A program made the position numbers and the translations under genes. The notes under the pieces were generated by a model, which was not told the DNA's origin, did no database searches, and saw nothing but the letters and a program-made list of their open reading frames with translations. 64,000 nucleotides of DNA from Bacillota bacterium (lineage in GTDB: Bacteria; Bacillota; DTU025): assembly GCA_050951805.1 (NCBI GenBank), contig JBMNJT010000003.1, positions 32,001-96,000 of the forward strand, read 5' to 3'. Positions 39,861-50,332 of the stretch are shown here, piece after piece; the first letter of the stretch is position 1, and each line of letters starts with the position of its first letter.

Positions 39861-40280
39861 ATGAAGAAATCCGGCATAATCAACCCCGATTTGTGCAGGG
39901 CTATAGCCAGCCTTGGGCATACAGACTCAATTGTCATCTGCGATGCTGGACTGCCGATTCCGCAAGGCGTTGAGAGGATAGATTTGTCATTAGTGCGCGG
40001 TGTGCCGTCTTTTGATCAAGTGTTCCAGGAGGTTGTTCGGGAGTTGCAGGTTGAACGAGCGATAGTGGCAGAGGAAGCGCTGAGGGAAAACCCGCACGTG
40101 ATCAGAGTTATAACGGAAGCTTTGGGCGAAGGTCGAGTCGAGTTCGTGCCCCATTCTAGGCTGAAGGAACTGACGGAGTACGCGAAGACGGTTGTCAGGA
40201 CTGCTGAGTTTAGGCCCTATGCCAATGTCATCTTATACTCGGGTGTTGAGGGCCTGTTCGAGGACGGATTGCCGGATTGA
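39861..40280 (+). CDS. rbsD: D-ribose pyranase
   Basis: MKKSGIIN, LGHTD, CDAGLPIP, RIDL, VRTAE..PYANVIL. Confidence 0.93.
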   Translation: MKKSGIINPDLCRAIASLGHTDSIVICDAGLPIPQGVERIDLSLVRGVPSFDQVFQEVVRELQVERAIVAEEALRENPHVIRVITEALGEGRVEFVPHSRLKELTEYAKTVVRTAEFRPYANVILYSGVEGLFEDGLPD

Positions 40281-40386
40281 CTGGGAGGTGAGCATAAAGG
40301 TCATACACGGGTCATACCGGGCATACTGTGGATGTGTTGGGAGTTTATGGGATACTATGGCACTATGATAAGGGGAGGCGCTTTGA

Positions 40387-41286
40387 ATGAGATCCAATAG
40401 GATACTTTCGGTCTTTCTGTGTGTGCTGATGATAGGGAGCATGTTTGCGTCAATGGCGAGCGCAGCTGCTCCAAAGATTGGTCTTGCGATTTCAACTCTC
40501 AACAACCCGTTCTTTGTGGATCTGAGAGATGGAGCTTTGGAGGAGGCCAAGAAGGCTGGGCTGGGCATTACTGTCGCTGATGCTCAGAATGACCCCAACA
40601 GACAGCTATCGCAGGTGGAAAACTTCATTCAGCAAGGCGTCAACATCATTTTGGTCAACCCTTGCGATTCTGCAGCCATAGTTTCGGCCATAAAGGCGGC
40701 AAATCGAGCGAAGATACCGGTGATCACCGTTGATCGCGGCGCAGATGGCGGTGAAGTCATCTGCCATATTGCGTCCGATAACGTGCAGGGCGGCCAGATG
40801 GCCGGCGAATACTTGGCAAAACTCATCGGCTACAAGGGAAAGGTAGTAGAGATACAGGGCATACCTGGCGCTTCTGCTGCGCGCGACCGGGGGAAAGGCT
40901 TCAATGAGGTGATGAAGAAATACCCGAACATCAAGATTGTCGCGAGACAAGAAGCGGGATTTGACAGGGCGAAGGGCATGACAGTCATGGAGAACATTCT
41001 CCAGGCCCAGCCGGACATAGATGGGGTGTTCTGCCACAACGACGAGATGGCGTTGGGCGCGCTCAGGGCCATAGAGGCTGCTGGCAGGCTGTCTGCCATT
41101 AAGATAGTGGGATTTGACGCTACGGACGATGCCATAAAAGCAGTGAAAGACGGCAAGTTGGTTGCCACTGTAGCCCAGAAGCCTCGCGCAATGGGGAGCA
41201 TGGCAGTGACAGTGGCAAAACGCGTGCTTGATGGGGCTAAGGTGGATGCCTTCATACCTGTTCCGCTGGAGCTCGTGGCAAAGTAG
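40387..41286 (+). CDS. rbsB: Ribose-binding protein
   Basis: ISTLNNPFF, HIASDN, GIPGASAARDRGKGF, FDRAKG, NDEMALGA, TVAQ. Confidence 0.92.
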   Translation: MRSNRILSVFLCVLMIGSMFASMASAAAPKIGLAISTLNNPFFVDLRDGALEEAKKAGLGITVADAQNDPNRQLSQVENFIQQGVNIILVNPCDSAAIVSAIKAANRAKIPVITVDRGADGGEVICHIASDNVQGGQMAGEYLAKLIGYKGKVVEIQGIPGASAARDRGKGFNEVMKKYPNIKIVARQEAGFDRAKGMTVMENILQAQPDIDGVFCHNDEMALGALRAIEAAGRLSAIKIVGFDATDDAIKAVKDGKLVATVAQKPRAMGSMAVTVAKRVLDGAKVDAFIPVPLELVAK

Positions 41287-41320
41287 TCATCGAGTTGCAT
41301 AGAGAATAGGTTATAGACTG

Positions 41321-41362
41321 TGGAGCGGTTGTGGCCAAGGCCACTTGGCTGCAGCCGCTTCA
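41321..41362 (+). terminator. Long stem-loop after rbsB (terminator or mRNA stabiliser)
   Basis: TGGAGCGGTTGTGGCCAAG/CTTGGCTGCAGCCGCTTCA, a 19-bp stem with G-U pairs; no clear U-tract. Confidence 0.5.
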
Positions 41363-42168
41363 TGTCGCCTATCTAACGCCTATAGGCGCTACCCAAGTCA
41401 GTTGTTGGCTGGCGCGCAAGGCATTGGTTTGATCTGCATGTGCCATGTTAGCGTCGCAGCGTCAAATCAGAGAATATTGGGGGCGGGTATGCTTGCCTTG
41501 TGAGGCACGTCCCCGACTGTATGTTTAAGCAAGCCTCGTTCATCCGGAGACAATGCTAAGTAGGTCTCGATACATTTCTGTGCGATGTGTTACCTGCGGT
41601 TCAAACCTGGACCGTTTGATCTGGACACGATGCTGCTTGTGATTGCTCAGGTATGTCCAAAAAAGCGTTTGAGTGTTCCCCGGGGCAGCTGAGGCCCTTG
41701 TGCCGGATAGCAATCGAGTTCAACAGTCGTGCAAACAGCGCCGAAAGGCTGGGCTGCCCTTTGAGACCCGGACAAGAAGTGTGTGGCGGGGGAGGAAGGG
41801 GGTGTCAACGGACTTGGCCAACTTCAAGTCACATTGCGATCGCAAGTGTTCAAGTCTTAGACACATCCCATTGATGCGAACCAGCGTATGGATATGGTCA
41901 CTCGCCAAAAGCGGTCCAACGCGTGTCAATAGGCTGTTCCCGAGCTAAGTATACGTGTGCAGGCAAAATCCAAGACCAAGCTGTGCCGATTACTTGACTT
42001 GTCTGAAGCACCGAGAAAGCCGCCTATCGGCAACAATTTTTCCAAAGCTACTTGGGCGTTGTCCTGAGGCAGGGATGGTGGGATTAGAATGGAAGGCTGA
42101 ACGTTCAGATGGGCCCGACGGGATCATGTGCTAGGCGAATAATTTGGAATACTGGGCTTTTGGCTATC

Positions 42169-42197
42169 TTGACAGCAGACGTCGGAAGACATATGCT
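42169..42197 (+). promoter_or_regulatory. Sigma70-type promoter of the cys leader
   Basis: TTGACA-17 nt-TATGCT. Confidence 0.7.
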
Positions 42198-42217
42198 ATA
42201 TCCCAAACAGCAAAGAT

Positions 42218-42533
42218 GCAAGCGGCTATGAGAGGGAGGTCGGGGGCGGACTGCCCAGAGAGAGGGAACGTCACCGGGTGCAAGCGTTCCCGGGCAAGCG
42301 CTTCTTGAGTGCGCCCTTGAGCCTGGCGCTGAAACTGTCTGCAGGCAGCGGGTGGGAGTAGGTGGCCACGGGTGCGCCCGTTATCGCGTGTTCCCCATTT
42401 CGAGCAAGGCTCTGCCTGCCAAAGTGGGGAGCCTGAGCTGCGGTTGGCCGAGCGCGCATTGTCGGATATCGGCCATCCGTGAGCAGAGTGGAACCACGGA
42501 CAGATGAGCCGTCTCTGTAAAGAGGCGGTTTTT
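42218..42533 (+). ncRNA. T-box riboswitch, cysteine specifier
   Basis: Stem I with AGAGA and GGTGCAA motifs; TGC specifier in GAGTGCGCCC; T-box AGAGTGGAACCACG; terminator GCCGTCTCT..AGAGGCGGTTTTT; upstream of cysE. Confidence 0.88.
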
Positions 42534-42616
42534 GTGTTATATAGGCCTTTTCTTGGTATGGTCGGCTCTGCAGACTCGTTGCTGTTTAACACATTACGGC
42601 ACAGCCGAGGAGTTGC

Positions 42617-43357
42617 ATGAAAATGCTGAAGGATATTGGTTCATACATCGATGCTGCTATGGCGCGTGATCCGGCGGCCAGAAACAGGTTGGAAGTGTTG
42701 CTTTTGTACCCGGGCATTCACGCTTTGATATGGCATAAGTTGAGCCATTGGCTATACGTGAACAAGGCATTCGGGCTTGCCAGGCTCACTTCACAGCTGG
42801 TTCGCTTCTTTACGGGGATCGAGATACACCCGGGAGCGACCATAGGCCGAGGTGTCTTTATCGACCACGGCATGGGGGTGGTCATCGGAGAGACTGCTGA
42901 GGTCGGAGATGACGTCACCATCTACCAGGGCGTTACATTAGGAGGTACCGGGAAGGAGACCGGAAAGCGCCACCCCACTTTGGAAGAAGGGGTAGTTGTG
43001 TCGGCAGGCGCTATAGTGCTTGGTTCGATAACAGTGGGGAGCAATTCGAAGATCGGTGCTGGCGCTGTCGTTATTCGTAATGTTCCACCAGATTCGACGG
43101 TAGTTGGCGTTCCAGGCCGTGTTGTTGCAAGAGCAGGCGTGAGGGTTCGCGAGGCCGATCTCGATCATGGCGATTTGCCAGACCCCATAGGACGCGCTCT
43201 CGACCTCATGGCGCTCAGGGTGGAAAGGTTGGAGGCAGAGCTTGAGACGTTGCGCAGAATTAGCCGTTCTGGGCAGGCCGTGGGATACGGAGGGGCTCCA
43301 TGTGAGCCGCTGCCTGAATCGGAAGAGGAGGAAGAGGCAATTGAGTATTGCATCTGA
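42617..43357 (+). CDS. cysE: Serine O-acetyltransferase
   Basis: [54 protein letters not shown]. Confidence 0.95.
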   Translation: MKMLKDIGSYIDAAMARDPAARNRLEVLLLYPGIHALIWHKLSHWLYVNKAFGLARLTSQLVRFFTGIEIHPGATIGRGVFIDHGMGVVIGETAEVGDDVTIYQGVTLGGTGKETGKRHPTLEEGVVVSAGAIVLGSITVGSNSKIGAGAVVIRNVPPDSTVVGVPGRVVARAGVRVREADLDHGDLPDPIGRALDLMALRVERLEAELETLRRISRSGQAVGYGGAPCEPLPESEEEEEAIEYCI

Positions 43358-44267
43358 TGTGACCGGATTGATCGGCCACACGCCCATGGTGCGGCTTAGC
43401 CGGTTTGGCGGGGGCGGTCGGGGCGAGATTATTGCTAAGGTAGAATCGGCCAACCCCGGAGGGAGCGTGAAAGACAGGGCTGCACTTTACATGGTAGATG
43501 CTGCGGAGCGTGCAGGCGTTCTGGCGCCGGGAGGCACAATAATCGAGCCGACGTCTGGTAATACGGGGGTGGGGCTTGCCATGATTGCTGCGGCCAGAGG
43601 CTACAGAATAGTCCTTGTTATGCCCGATTCTATGAGCATTGAAAGGCAGAAGCTTCTTGCTGCATACGGGGCGGAGCTTGTGCTGACCCCAGGCTCACAT
43701 GGCATGGCGGGCGCTGTGGCCAGGGCTCGCGAATTGGCGGCCGAACACTCCGACTGGTTTATGCCGCTGCAATTTGAAAATCCCGAAAACTGCCGGGCTC
43801 ATGAGGAAACAACGGCCCGAGAGATACTTGCAGACGTCGAAGGTCGGCTAGACGCATTCGTTGCCGGAATTGGAACCGGCGGAACTGTGACCGGTGTGGG
43901 GCGGGCATTAAAACGTGAAATCCCGTCAGTACTCGTGGTGGGAGTTGAGCCGCAGGAGTCAGCTGTTATATCCGGCGGCGAGCCCGGCCTCCACGGCATA
44001 CAGGGCATTGGAGCGGGTTTTGTTCCCAGCGTGCTGGAGATGTCGATCCTCGATGAAGTAATCTCGGTTAGCTCTGATGATGCCTATCGCGCGACTCGGG
44101 CACTTGCGGCCTGCGAAGGGTTGTTAGTCGGCATATCCTCTGGAGCTGTTGCCGTGGCCGCGCTTGAGGTAGCGCGCAGACTGGGAGAGGCGAGCCGGGT
44201 TGTTGTCCTATTCCCTGACACTGGCGAGCGGTACCTGAGTGTTCCCGGATTATGGCGAGTTGGATGA
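43341..44267 (+). CDS. cysK: Cysteine synthase A
   Basis: [48 protein letters not shown]; TTG start after a GAGGAGG RBS. Confidence 0.93.
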   Translation: MSIASDVTGLIGHTPMVRLSRFGGGGRGEIIAKVESANPGGSVKDRAALYMVDAAERAGVLAPGGTIIEPTSGNTGVGLAMIAAARGYRIVLVMPDSMSIERQKLLAAYGAELVLTPGSHGMAGAVARARELAAEHSDWFMPLQFENPENCRAHEETTAREILADVEGRLDAFVAGIGTGGTVTGVGRALKREIPSVLVVGVEPQESAVISGGEPGLHGIQGIGAGFVPSVLEMSILDEVISVSSDDAYRATRALAACEGLLVGISSGAVAVAALEVARRLGEASRVVVLFPDTGERYLSVPGLWRVG

Positions 44268-44581
44268 GCTAGCCGGTTCTGAATGCGAGACCTTTGGGAT
44301 CTGTTGTTTAGGAGAGGTTGAGCAAACAAGGCAGTCAAGCCGTGCTTTTCGCACCGCTTGGCCCATAGACCAAGGTGGACAATGACGCGATTGCCGGAGG
44401 AATTCAATGCCTCCTAATCGCCACTTGAAGGAGAATCATGTTCTGCGGGGAAATTTAGATAGGCCCGATTTCGATGCCCGGTTGTGGGGACGAACAGGTT
44501 CGGTGTCCGAAAAGAACTGCTGTGCCCGCTCAGTCTGGAGATGGGGGTAGGCAGCGGATAGCGGCCGAGGAGGAGACAACA

Positions 44582-45514
44582 GTGAACAGGCGCACGAATG
44601 ATGATGGCAGCAGCGCCCTCCAGAAGGGCTTTGATGCTATTGCCCGGCAGAACTGGTTTGAAGCAGAAGAGGTTTTTGCAGACTTCGTGGATTCCGAAGA
44701 TGCTAGCGTTGAAGCATGGTTGGGCTGGGCCATTGTCCAGCAGAGCATGGGATTTAGGGACGAAGCCGCATCTGCAGTCAGGCAGGCGTTGGCTGTCCTT
44801 GCCGATGACGAGCTGGAAATACAGGTGCTGGGAGAATTGTATTCCAGCATCGGCCTGGAACAAGATGCGCTCCCATTTTTGCTCAGGGCCGCGGACGCCG
44901 CCTCCGGCGATCTGGATGAGCTGGAGCGCATTGCCGGTTTGATGCTGAAGATCGGCTATGTGAGATGGGGAGTTGACATAGCCGAGCGTGTTCTGGCGGT
45001 TGACCCTGAAAGACCGGAGGCTTGGCTTATTATCGGCCTTAGCCGGTTCATCGATTCCCGCTGGGATGAGGCTGTTAAGGCTTTCGAGGAGAGCCTCGTG
45101 AGAAATCCCACCCATCCCATGACCCACCTCTCCCTCGGTGCGGCAAGGCTGGAACAGAACCTTTTGGAGCAGGCTTTGGAACATTTCGATTTCGTCATAG
45201 CCCTGCCGAGGAATGCCGACGAAGACTTGAGGTACGCATGTTCAGCCATGATCAGGCGTGCTAGAGTCCTGCTATTGATGGGCCGCAGAGCGGAAGCTGT
45301 TGATACTATTTCCGAGGCCGCGGAGATTGCAGGGGACAGTCCTACTGACTTATTCGACATAGGCCTTTTCTACTTGGATGACATGGGCTCTGCCAATGAG
45401 GCTTTGCCGTTCCTTCGCAAAGCTGCAGCCCTTGATCCATATGATTCATTCAAGCAGGCTACCCTTGCCCATGCGCAGCTGGAAGCGGGCGAGGGTGTTG
45501 ACAGCCCCAGATAG
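44582..45514 (+). CDS. TPR-repeat protein
   Basis: GAGGAGG RBS + GTG; TPR-like helices (AERVLAVDPERPEAW, FEESLVRNPTHPMTHLSLG, LRKAAALDP). Confidence 0.75.
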   Translation: MNRRTNDDGSSALQKGFDAIARQNWFEAEEVFADFVDSEDASVEAWLGWAIVQQSMGFRDEAASAVRQALAVLADDELEIQVLGELYSSIGLEQDALPFLLRAADAASGDLDELERIAGLMLKIGYVRWGVDIAERVLAVDPERPEAWLIIGLSRFIDSRWDEAVKAFEESLVRNPTHPMTHLSLGAARLEQNLLEQALEHFDFVIALPRNADEDLRYACSAMIRRARVLLLMGRRAEAVDTISEAAEIAGDSPTDLFDIGLFYLDDMGSANEALPFLRKAAALDPYDSFKQATLAHAQLEAGEGVDSPR

Positions 45515-45542
45515 GCATTTGCCGTTCCAATGTCCGCAGACA

Positions 45543-46491
45543 TTATCGGTTCGCATGGGTTAGGAGAACGATCCGTCCTTCCTCGTCGAACTCTCCGCCT
45601 GTGATGCGTATGCAATCTTCATTCCATATCTCTTCCAGCTCGAGATCTTCACCCTCGTGCACGACGAGTCCGGATACTTCGGCGGGAATATAGCCTTCCG
45701 CTGTGGCCCGAAGGCTGTAATTGCCTGGCATGATGGCTCTGATCTTGAACTTGCCGGGCTCGTCATCACCATCATCCGTCGCTGTCCAAGTGGCTAAGGT
45801 TGCGCGAACGACGAATCCAGCTTCATCAAACAACTCTACAACAACTGGCCTGTCGATGATCGGTCGCCACGACCTCGCCTTCGATTTCTCCGACGTCGAG
45901 CTTGTCTACGGCTTCAATTTCATCAGGATCTAGCACGTAACCGTTGCTGAGTTCGTTTGGCTGAAGAACTTTGGCGAGGTCAAAATCGATAAGAATCTCG
46001 GTTACCCTGCTGTTGCAAACCTCAAATGGATACTCGATTTCTATGGCTTGTTCGTCATCATCCTCATCAAGCTCTTCTGCTTCACCGACGACAAGGGGAT
46101 ATGCAAAATCCTCTCCTCGAAGCTTCACATAGCCTTCGGCATCCAGCAATAGGCAAATTTCTTCGTAAATGCCAGCCGGAATAGATGCGGTCATCACGAA
46201 CTCGTTGATCCTCAGATCGAGCAGATTGACTCTGACGGGATCGGGAAATTCTGCTACTATAATCTGGTCCGAGGAATTGAAAGGCTTCACGAAGACCTTT
46301 TTGATTCCGATGTTCACGTCTTCGCAAGTGTCTATGGGAGCGTCTGCAAGGCAGATAGCCAGGGTGTATTTGCCAGTCTGCATCCTGGGAGCAATGCCAG
46401 GCAACCGCAGACAATTGTGAGTAGCAACATAGCCGCAATCGAGTGTTGTTTCAATCGAAACGCCTCCTTGATCAGCATGATACCTGCCCAT
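45543..46491 (-). pseudogene. DUF4382-like + carboxypeptidase-regulatory-like domain gene, frameshifted near 45870
   Basis: LADAP, VNLLDL, IPAGIY, ILIDFD in one frame; RPVVVELFDEAG..GKFKIRAIMPGNYSLRATAEGY in another. Confidence 0.65.
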
Positions 46492-46647
46492 TGTTTAATG
46501 CGAAGGGAAGAGGATCGCTGATTTTGCTGTTGCCGCGTTGGCAGGTGGCTTAGGGCATGATGCAGAATTCGTCCTGAGGGATGGATGAACGTGAGGGCTT
46601 TTGCGTATCAAGTTGCCGCTTTCAGGTTTGGCAGGCATAACTTATCG

Positions 46648-46818
46648 ATCCGCTGACATGGTTGGATTGCTCCAGTCCCTCTTTGGCGGTGGCCCGCCGG
46701 AACCTGGTCTTTCGTGCGGAAGGACGGGCGCATTCAGGTGAAATTAGCGCCCTTCGAGCCGCTCCCCCGCCCGGTTGGGGAAGGCAAAGGACGAGGCCCA
46801 GAATGTGGGCGGTTTTTT
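46648..46818 (+). ncRNA. Candidate unannotated structured RNA or attenuator leader
   Basis: Promoter-like TTGCCG-17-CATAAC (46613-46641), a run of GC-rich hairpins, then GCCCA..TGGGC-GG-TTTTTT. Confidence 0.4.
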
Positions 46819-46954
46819 GAACATGGAATGTGATATTCTCTGAGAACAGAGGAAAGGTTCGAGATCCCTGGCCGTGGCAGGGAGCTCAAGCCCTGCTCGG
46901 CGCAGTCGGCCAGATTCATCTTATTCAGTGCCAGTTGATGTGGAGTGTGTTGCA

Positions 46955-48004
46955 TTGAGCAGAACCAGGATTTATGAATTAGACGTATTTCGCGCAATCT
47001 GCACCATAACTGTGCTCTTAGGGCATGTCTCATCGTACCCGGTTGGCGTTTTGAGCACGGAATCCAGGTTTTATGGCCTTTATCTAGGCGTCAATTCCTT
47101 CTGTCGGTTTGCTATCCAAGCCTTCCTCTTTCTAAGCGCTGCGGTGCTTGTCCACAGCTATGCCGATAGATGGCAGGGGCCGGAGAGTGCGCTTGCGATG
47201 TGGCGAAAAAGGCTTATCGATCCTGGAATTCCTTACGTGGTCTGGTCTGTGATCTATACCTTGCTGGCTATTCGGCGAGGGCGGCACATAGACTTTCCTA
47301 CCTTCCTTCGCCTCTTGGCCACGGGAAAGGCCTGGGACCATCTGTATTTCATCGTTTTGATATTCCAGTTCTACTTGCTCTTCCCCCTGTTGTTGAGGGC
47401 TTTGCGATCTTTGAGCTGCAGGCCCGTTTTATGGCTAGGCATCGGGGCGCTTATTCAGGCCGGGTTCCACATGTGGGATCAACGGGTATTTGCCATACCC
47501 AACAGGGCGAGTTGGGCGGTGAGGTTTGGATTCTACTTGTTCGCCGGGATGCTTGCGGGTCTCGATTTCGACGTCCTGCAGGATTGGACGAGGCGAAATA
47601 GGTGGGCAATTGCGGCAGTGTGGGCGGTGAGCGCCGTGCTCAACTGTTCGGTCAGTGCAGCCATACGCCTGGGGACTCCCCATCGTCTGTCGGGATATGC
47701 TGAGCTGATTGTGAACGTGTATGCCGTTGCCAGCTGCCTCTTCTTCCTGGCGGTGTCGCAATGGGTGACGGCGTTAAACGGGTGGCCTATGCGCGCGGCG
47801 ATGGGTATCAGCAATGCGTCGTTCGGGATTTATCTCTCGCATCCATTGGGATTGGCCATGTGGAGGCGTCTGACTGCCACTGGCAACCCCATATTCTTCC
47901 ACCTGTCGGTATGGGCCGGGGCAGTGGTTGTTTTGGCGCTGTCGTGGGCTGCTACCCTCTGGCTCAAGCGGTTCAAGTTCGGCTGGACGCTGGTGGGCAA
48001 GTAG
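46955..48004 (+). CDS. Acyltransferase-3 family membrane O-acyltransferase
   Basis: RIYELDVFRAI..VLLGH, RFAIQAFLFLS, IPYVVWSVIY, HLYFIVLIFQFYLLFP, SFGIYLSHP. Confidence 0.88.
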   Translation: MSRTRIYELDVFRAICTITVLLGHVSSYPVGVLSTESRFYGLYLGVNSFCRFAIQAFLFLSAAVLVHSYADRWQGPESALAMWRKRLIDPGIPYVVWSVIYTLLAIRRGRHIDFPTFLRLLATGKAWDHLYFIVLIFQFYLLFPLLLRALRSLSCRPVLWLGIGALIQAGFHMWDQRVFAIPNRASWAVRFGFYLFAGMLAGLDFDVLQDWTRRNRWAIAAVWAVSAVLNCSVSAAIRLGTPHRLSGYAELIVNVYAVASCLFFLAVSQWVTALNGWPMRAAMGISNASFGIYLSHPLGLAMWRRLTATGNPIFFHLSVWAGAVVVLALSWAATLWLKRFKFGWTLVGK

Positions 48005-48071
48005 GGGCACTGCCCCTAGAGGGTTTGGTATATGACCTTCTTGGCCAGCTCAGAGTCTGCAATCAGTCTGC

Positions 48072-49403
48072 CTAGCCAGACTTGGAACCGAGTTTGTGGC
48101 CTTGCCCTGTCAGAGAGAGAAGCCGGATGCATATGATTAGCCACATCGCTCCTGCGACGACGCCGGCAGCTGCCTCTGATGGCCACTGAAAGCCCATGTA
48201 GATTCCGGAAAAGCAGATCAAGGCTATGATCACGCCGGCTGCTACCCTAATGGCCCGCCGCCGGGCTCGTGATCGGGTGCGGCTGCCCAGCATGTGGGTT
48301 GCCATACCGTAGAAGGGCAGCGCTACGGGGATGGGCTGAGCGGCGAAGCTGCGGGACAGGATATCGGGAACCGGAAGCGCAAGCTCTGGTCCTGGAAGGC
48401 TGTACGCCCAGCGGGTGAGAACTGCTAAGCCCAGCCCGCCAATGACGCAGATGGCAAGGGTGGCGGCTCGTGCGCGCCTGTGGCGAAAAAGGTTGTAGGT
48501 TACTGCCAGAGCCAGGCAGGCAAAGACGAAGGGATACGATCCGAGAGTGGCGGTGAATGTGAGCGTTGTGCTGAGAAATGGGTTTCGAATGGCGCGGATC
48601 CATGTCATAATGCCCATATCTATCTGCCGCAAGAATGGTGCGTGGTCAGGCTGTGCGAGTTCGACGAGCTCTTCGAAGAATATGAGCAGGAAGACGAATC
48701 CCGCAATGGCATATATCCCCCACTCAGCCCAGAACCTCTTGCCCGACAAACCGGGGCTGGCAGCGGACTTGGGCAGACGTATCCGCCAATAAGGTTTTGT
48801 CCCGGAACCCCTCTTGTCGCTGAAAATGGGCGCTTGGACGGAAGACTTCCTGTTCCATACTATGGCTGCGACGGCCACGACCAGGCCGACCATGAGGGTG
48901 ATCAATTCGAACTGTGTTCCGATAATATCCCTTACTTGTTCGCCAAGCTTCAAGACTAGCGCCGCTTCGAGGAAGAACCGGGCGCCGCGGCCGAGGGTTG
49001 AAGCTATGAGAAAGGGCGCGAGTCGCACCTGAAAGATGCCGGAGGCTATGGTGAACACCTTGAAGGGTATCGGGGTGAAGGCGGCTATCCCCACTGCCCA
49101 GCCGCCGAATCTTTTAAATAGTCCTTGAATTTTGCTAAGGCCGTCTTGGCTTGTGAACTTGAGCAGCAGTGGCCGTCCGCCGCGCGCTCCAACAAGATAT
49201 GCAAATACGGCGCCCAGCACCGATGAGACTGTGGCAACAGTCGCATACAACATCGAAGCTCGAGGGCGCGCCAGGCATAGCGGAATGAGCATTACATCAG
49301 GGGGGACAGGAAAGAAGCTCGATTCCGCGAATGAGACCACAAAAAGTCCCACTAATCCGTACTGCCCAAAAATCGCTATTGTCCAGTCAATGACCTTTGC
49401 CAT
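48072..49403 (-). CDS. YqaA/DedA (VTT) domain fused to a degenerate PAP2-like domain
   Basis: SFAESSFFPVPPDV, AAFTPIPFKVFTIASG, GRGARF; C-terminal PAP2-like topology with altered motifs. Confidence 0.82.
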   Translation of the reverse strand: MAKVIDWTIAIFGQYGLVGLFVVSFAESSFFPVPPDVMLIPLCLARPRASMLYATVATVSSVLGAVFAYLVGARGGRPLLLKFTSQDGLSKIQGLFKRFGGWAVGIAAFTPIPFKVFTIASGIFQVRLAPFLIASTLGRGARFFLEAALVLKLGEQVRDIIGTQFELITLMVGLVVAVAAIVWNRKSSVQAPIFSDKRGSGTKPYWRIRLPKSAASPGLSGKRFWAEWGIYAIAGFVFLLIFFEELVELAQPDHAPFLRQIDMGIMTWIRAIRNPFLSTTLTFTATLGSYPFVFACLALAVTYNLFRHRRARAATLAICVIGGLGLAVLTRWAYSLPGPELALPVPDILSRSFAAQPIPVALPFYGMATHMLGSRTRSRARRRAIRVAAGVIIALICFSGIYMGFQWPSEAAAGVVAGAMWLIICIRLLSLTGQGHKLGSKSG

Positions 49404-49459
49404 AGTTCAACCCACCAATGTGTTCTTTCCTCTCAGCACAGGCCTTTGTAACTTGTCCA

Positions 49460-50332
49460 CTATTCGAATTCTGAGCCTGTTTCCAGCTCCACGCCTGGCG
49501 TGTATTGCACGAGGTCCGCTGTGGTCCGGGCTTTCCGATCCTCGAACCTTACAATCTGATGGGGATGGGGAACCGCAATCCAGACCGTGCGTCCAGTGCC
49601 CATCAGGTCAACCTTCCATGTTTCGAACGAACCGGCGGGAACCTCCAATTTCTCCTTCTTCGCGACGTTCAGCGTTATCGTGGTTTTCATCGCTGCCCTG
49701 GTGATCACATCCTTCAAGGTGGCCTTGAAGTTGCGCTTCAGGGGAAGGGCGCGTATGACCATTATGAACTGTTCATTGTCGAAGTACGGGGTGTCGGGCA
49801 ATTCTACAATGGACTCCTCGTTCTGGCCTGGAACCGATGCTTCTATAGATACACCATCTTCGCCATACAAAGCAGCATAGACAATGCGGCCATGGTCGGA
49901 TTCGTACGTCAATTCGGTTCTGATGGGAACGAGCGTATCAGGATCTGCGGCCACCATTGCATGCTCGCTATAGGTGGATCCATGCTGATCCGAAGTGAAC
50001 AGGGTAGCTTTGCCGTCTGAATCTATTCTCAGTTCCCACGGGGCTATGAGCTGGCCATGGGAATCGCGAATCTCAAGCACACTCACTTCTCCGGGTTGCC
50101 AGGGTGGAGTGATCACTACTCGTCCGCGCGGGTCGCCCCTGGTATATGTGATCATTGCTACCATGATTGCTGCAAGCACCAAGATGGTGTACAGGGGCGA
50201 TCTGGGCTTTGCAGCCCTTTTTAACCAGCTTGATCCCGTATCGTTGTCAGATGCATAGCTGTTTATTCCTCTTTGTTCTTCTGGAATCTGACCATAGTCG
50301 ACACGCCCCTGCGTGTCATATCCTTTCTCCAC
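49460..50332 (-). CDS. Membrane-anchored DUF3108-like beta-rich protein
   Basis: Single TM (ILVLAAIMVAMI); IRALPL, KEKLEVPAGSFETWKV. Confidence 0.6.
   Translation of the reverse strand: MEKGYDTQGRVDYGQIPEEQRGINSYASDNDTGSSWLKRAAKPRSPLYTILVLAAIMVAMITYTRGDPRGRVVITPPWQPGEVSVLEIRDSHGQLIAPWELRIDSDGKATLFTSDQHGSTYSEHAMVAADPDTLVPIRTELTYESDHGRIVYAALYGEDGVSIEASVPGQNEESIVELPDTPYFDNEQFIMVIRALPLKRNFKATLKDVITRAAMKTTITLNVAKKEKLEVPAGSFETWKVDLMGTGRTVWIAVPHPHQIVRFEDRKARTTADLVQYTPGVELETGSEFE

Noticed and set aside
46660-46690. Minus-strand GAGGGACTGG as a SAM-I riboswitch
   Set aside because: The remaining SAM-I elements (ATC..GAG, GCAACC, GTGC) are missing or out of order
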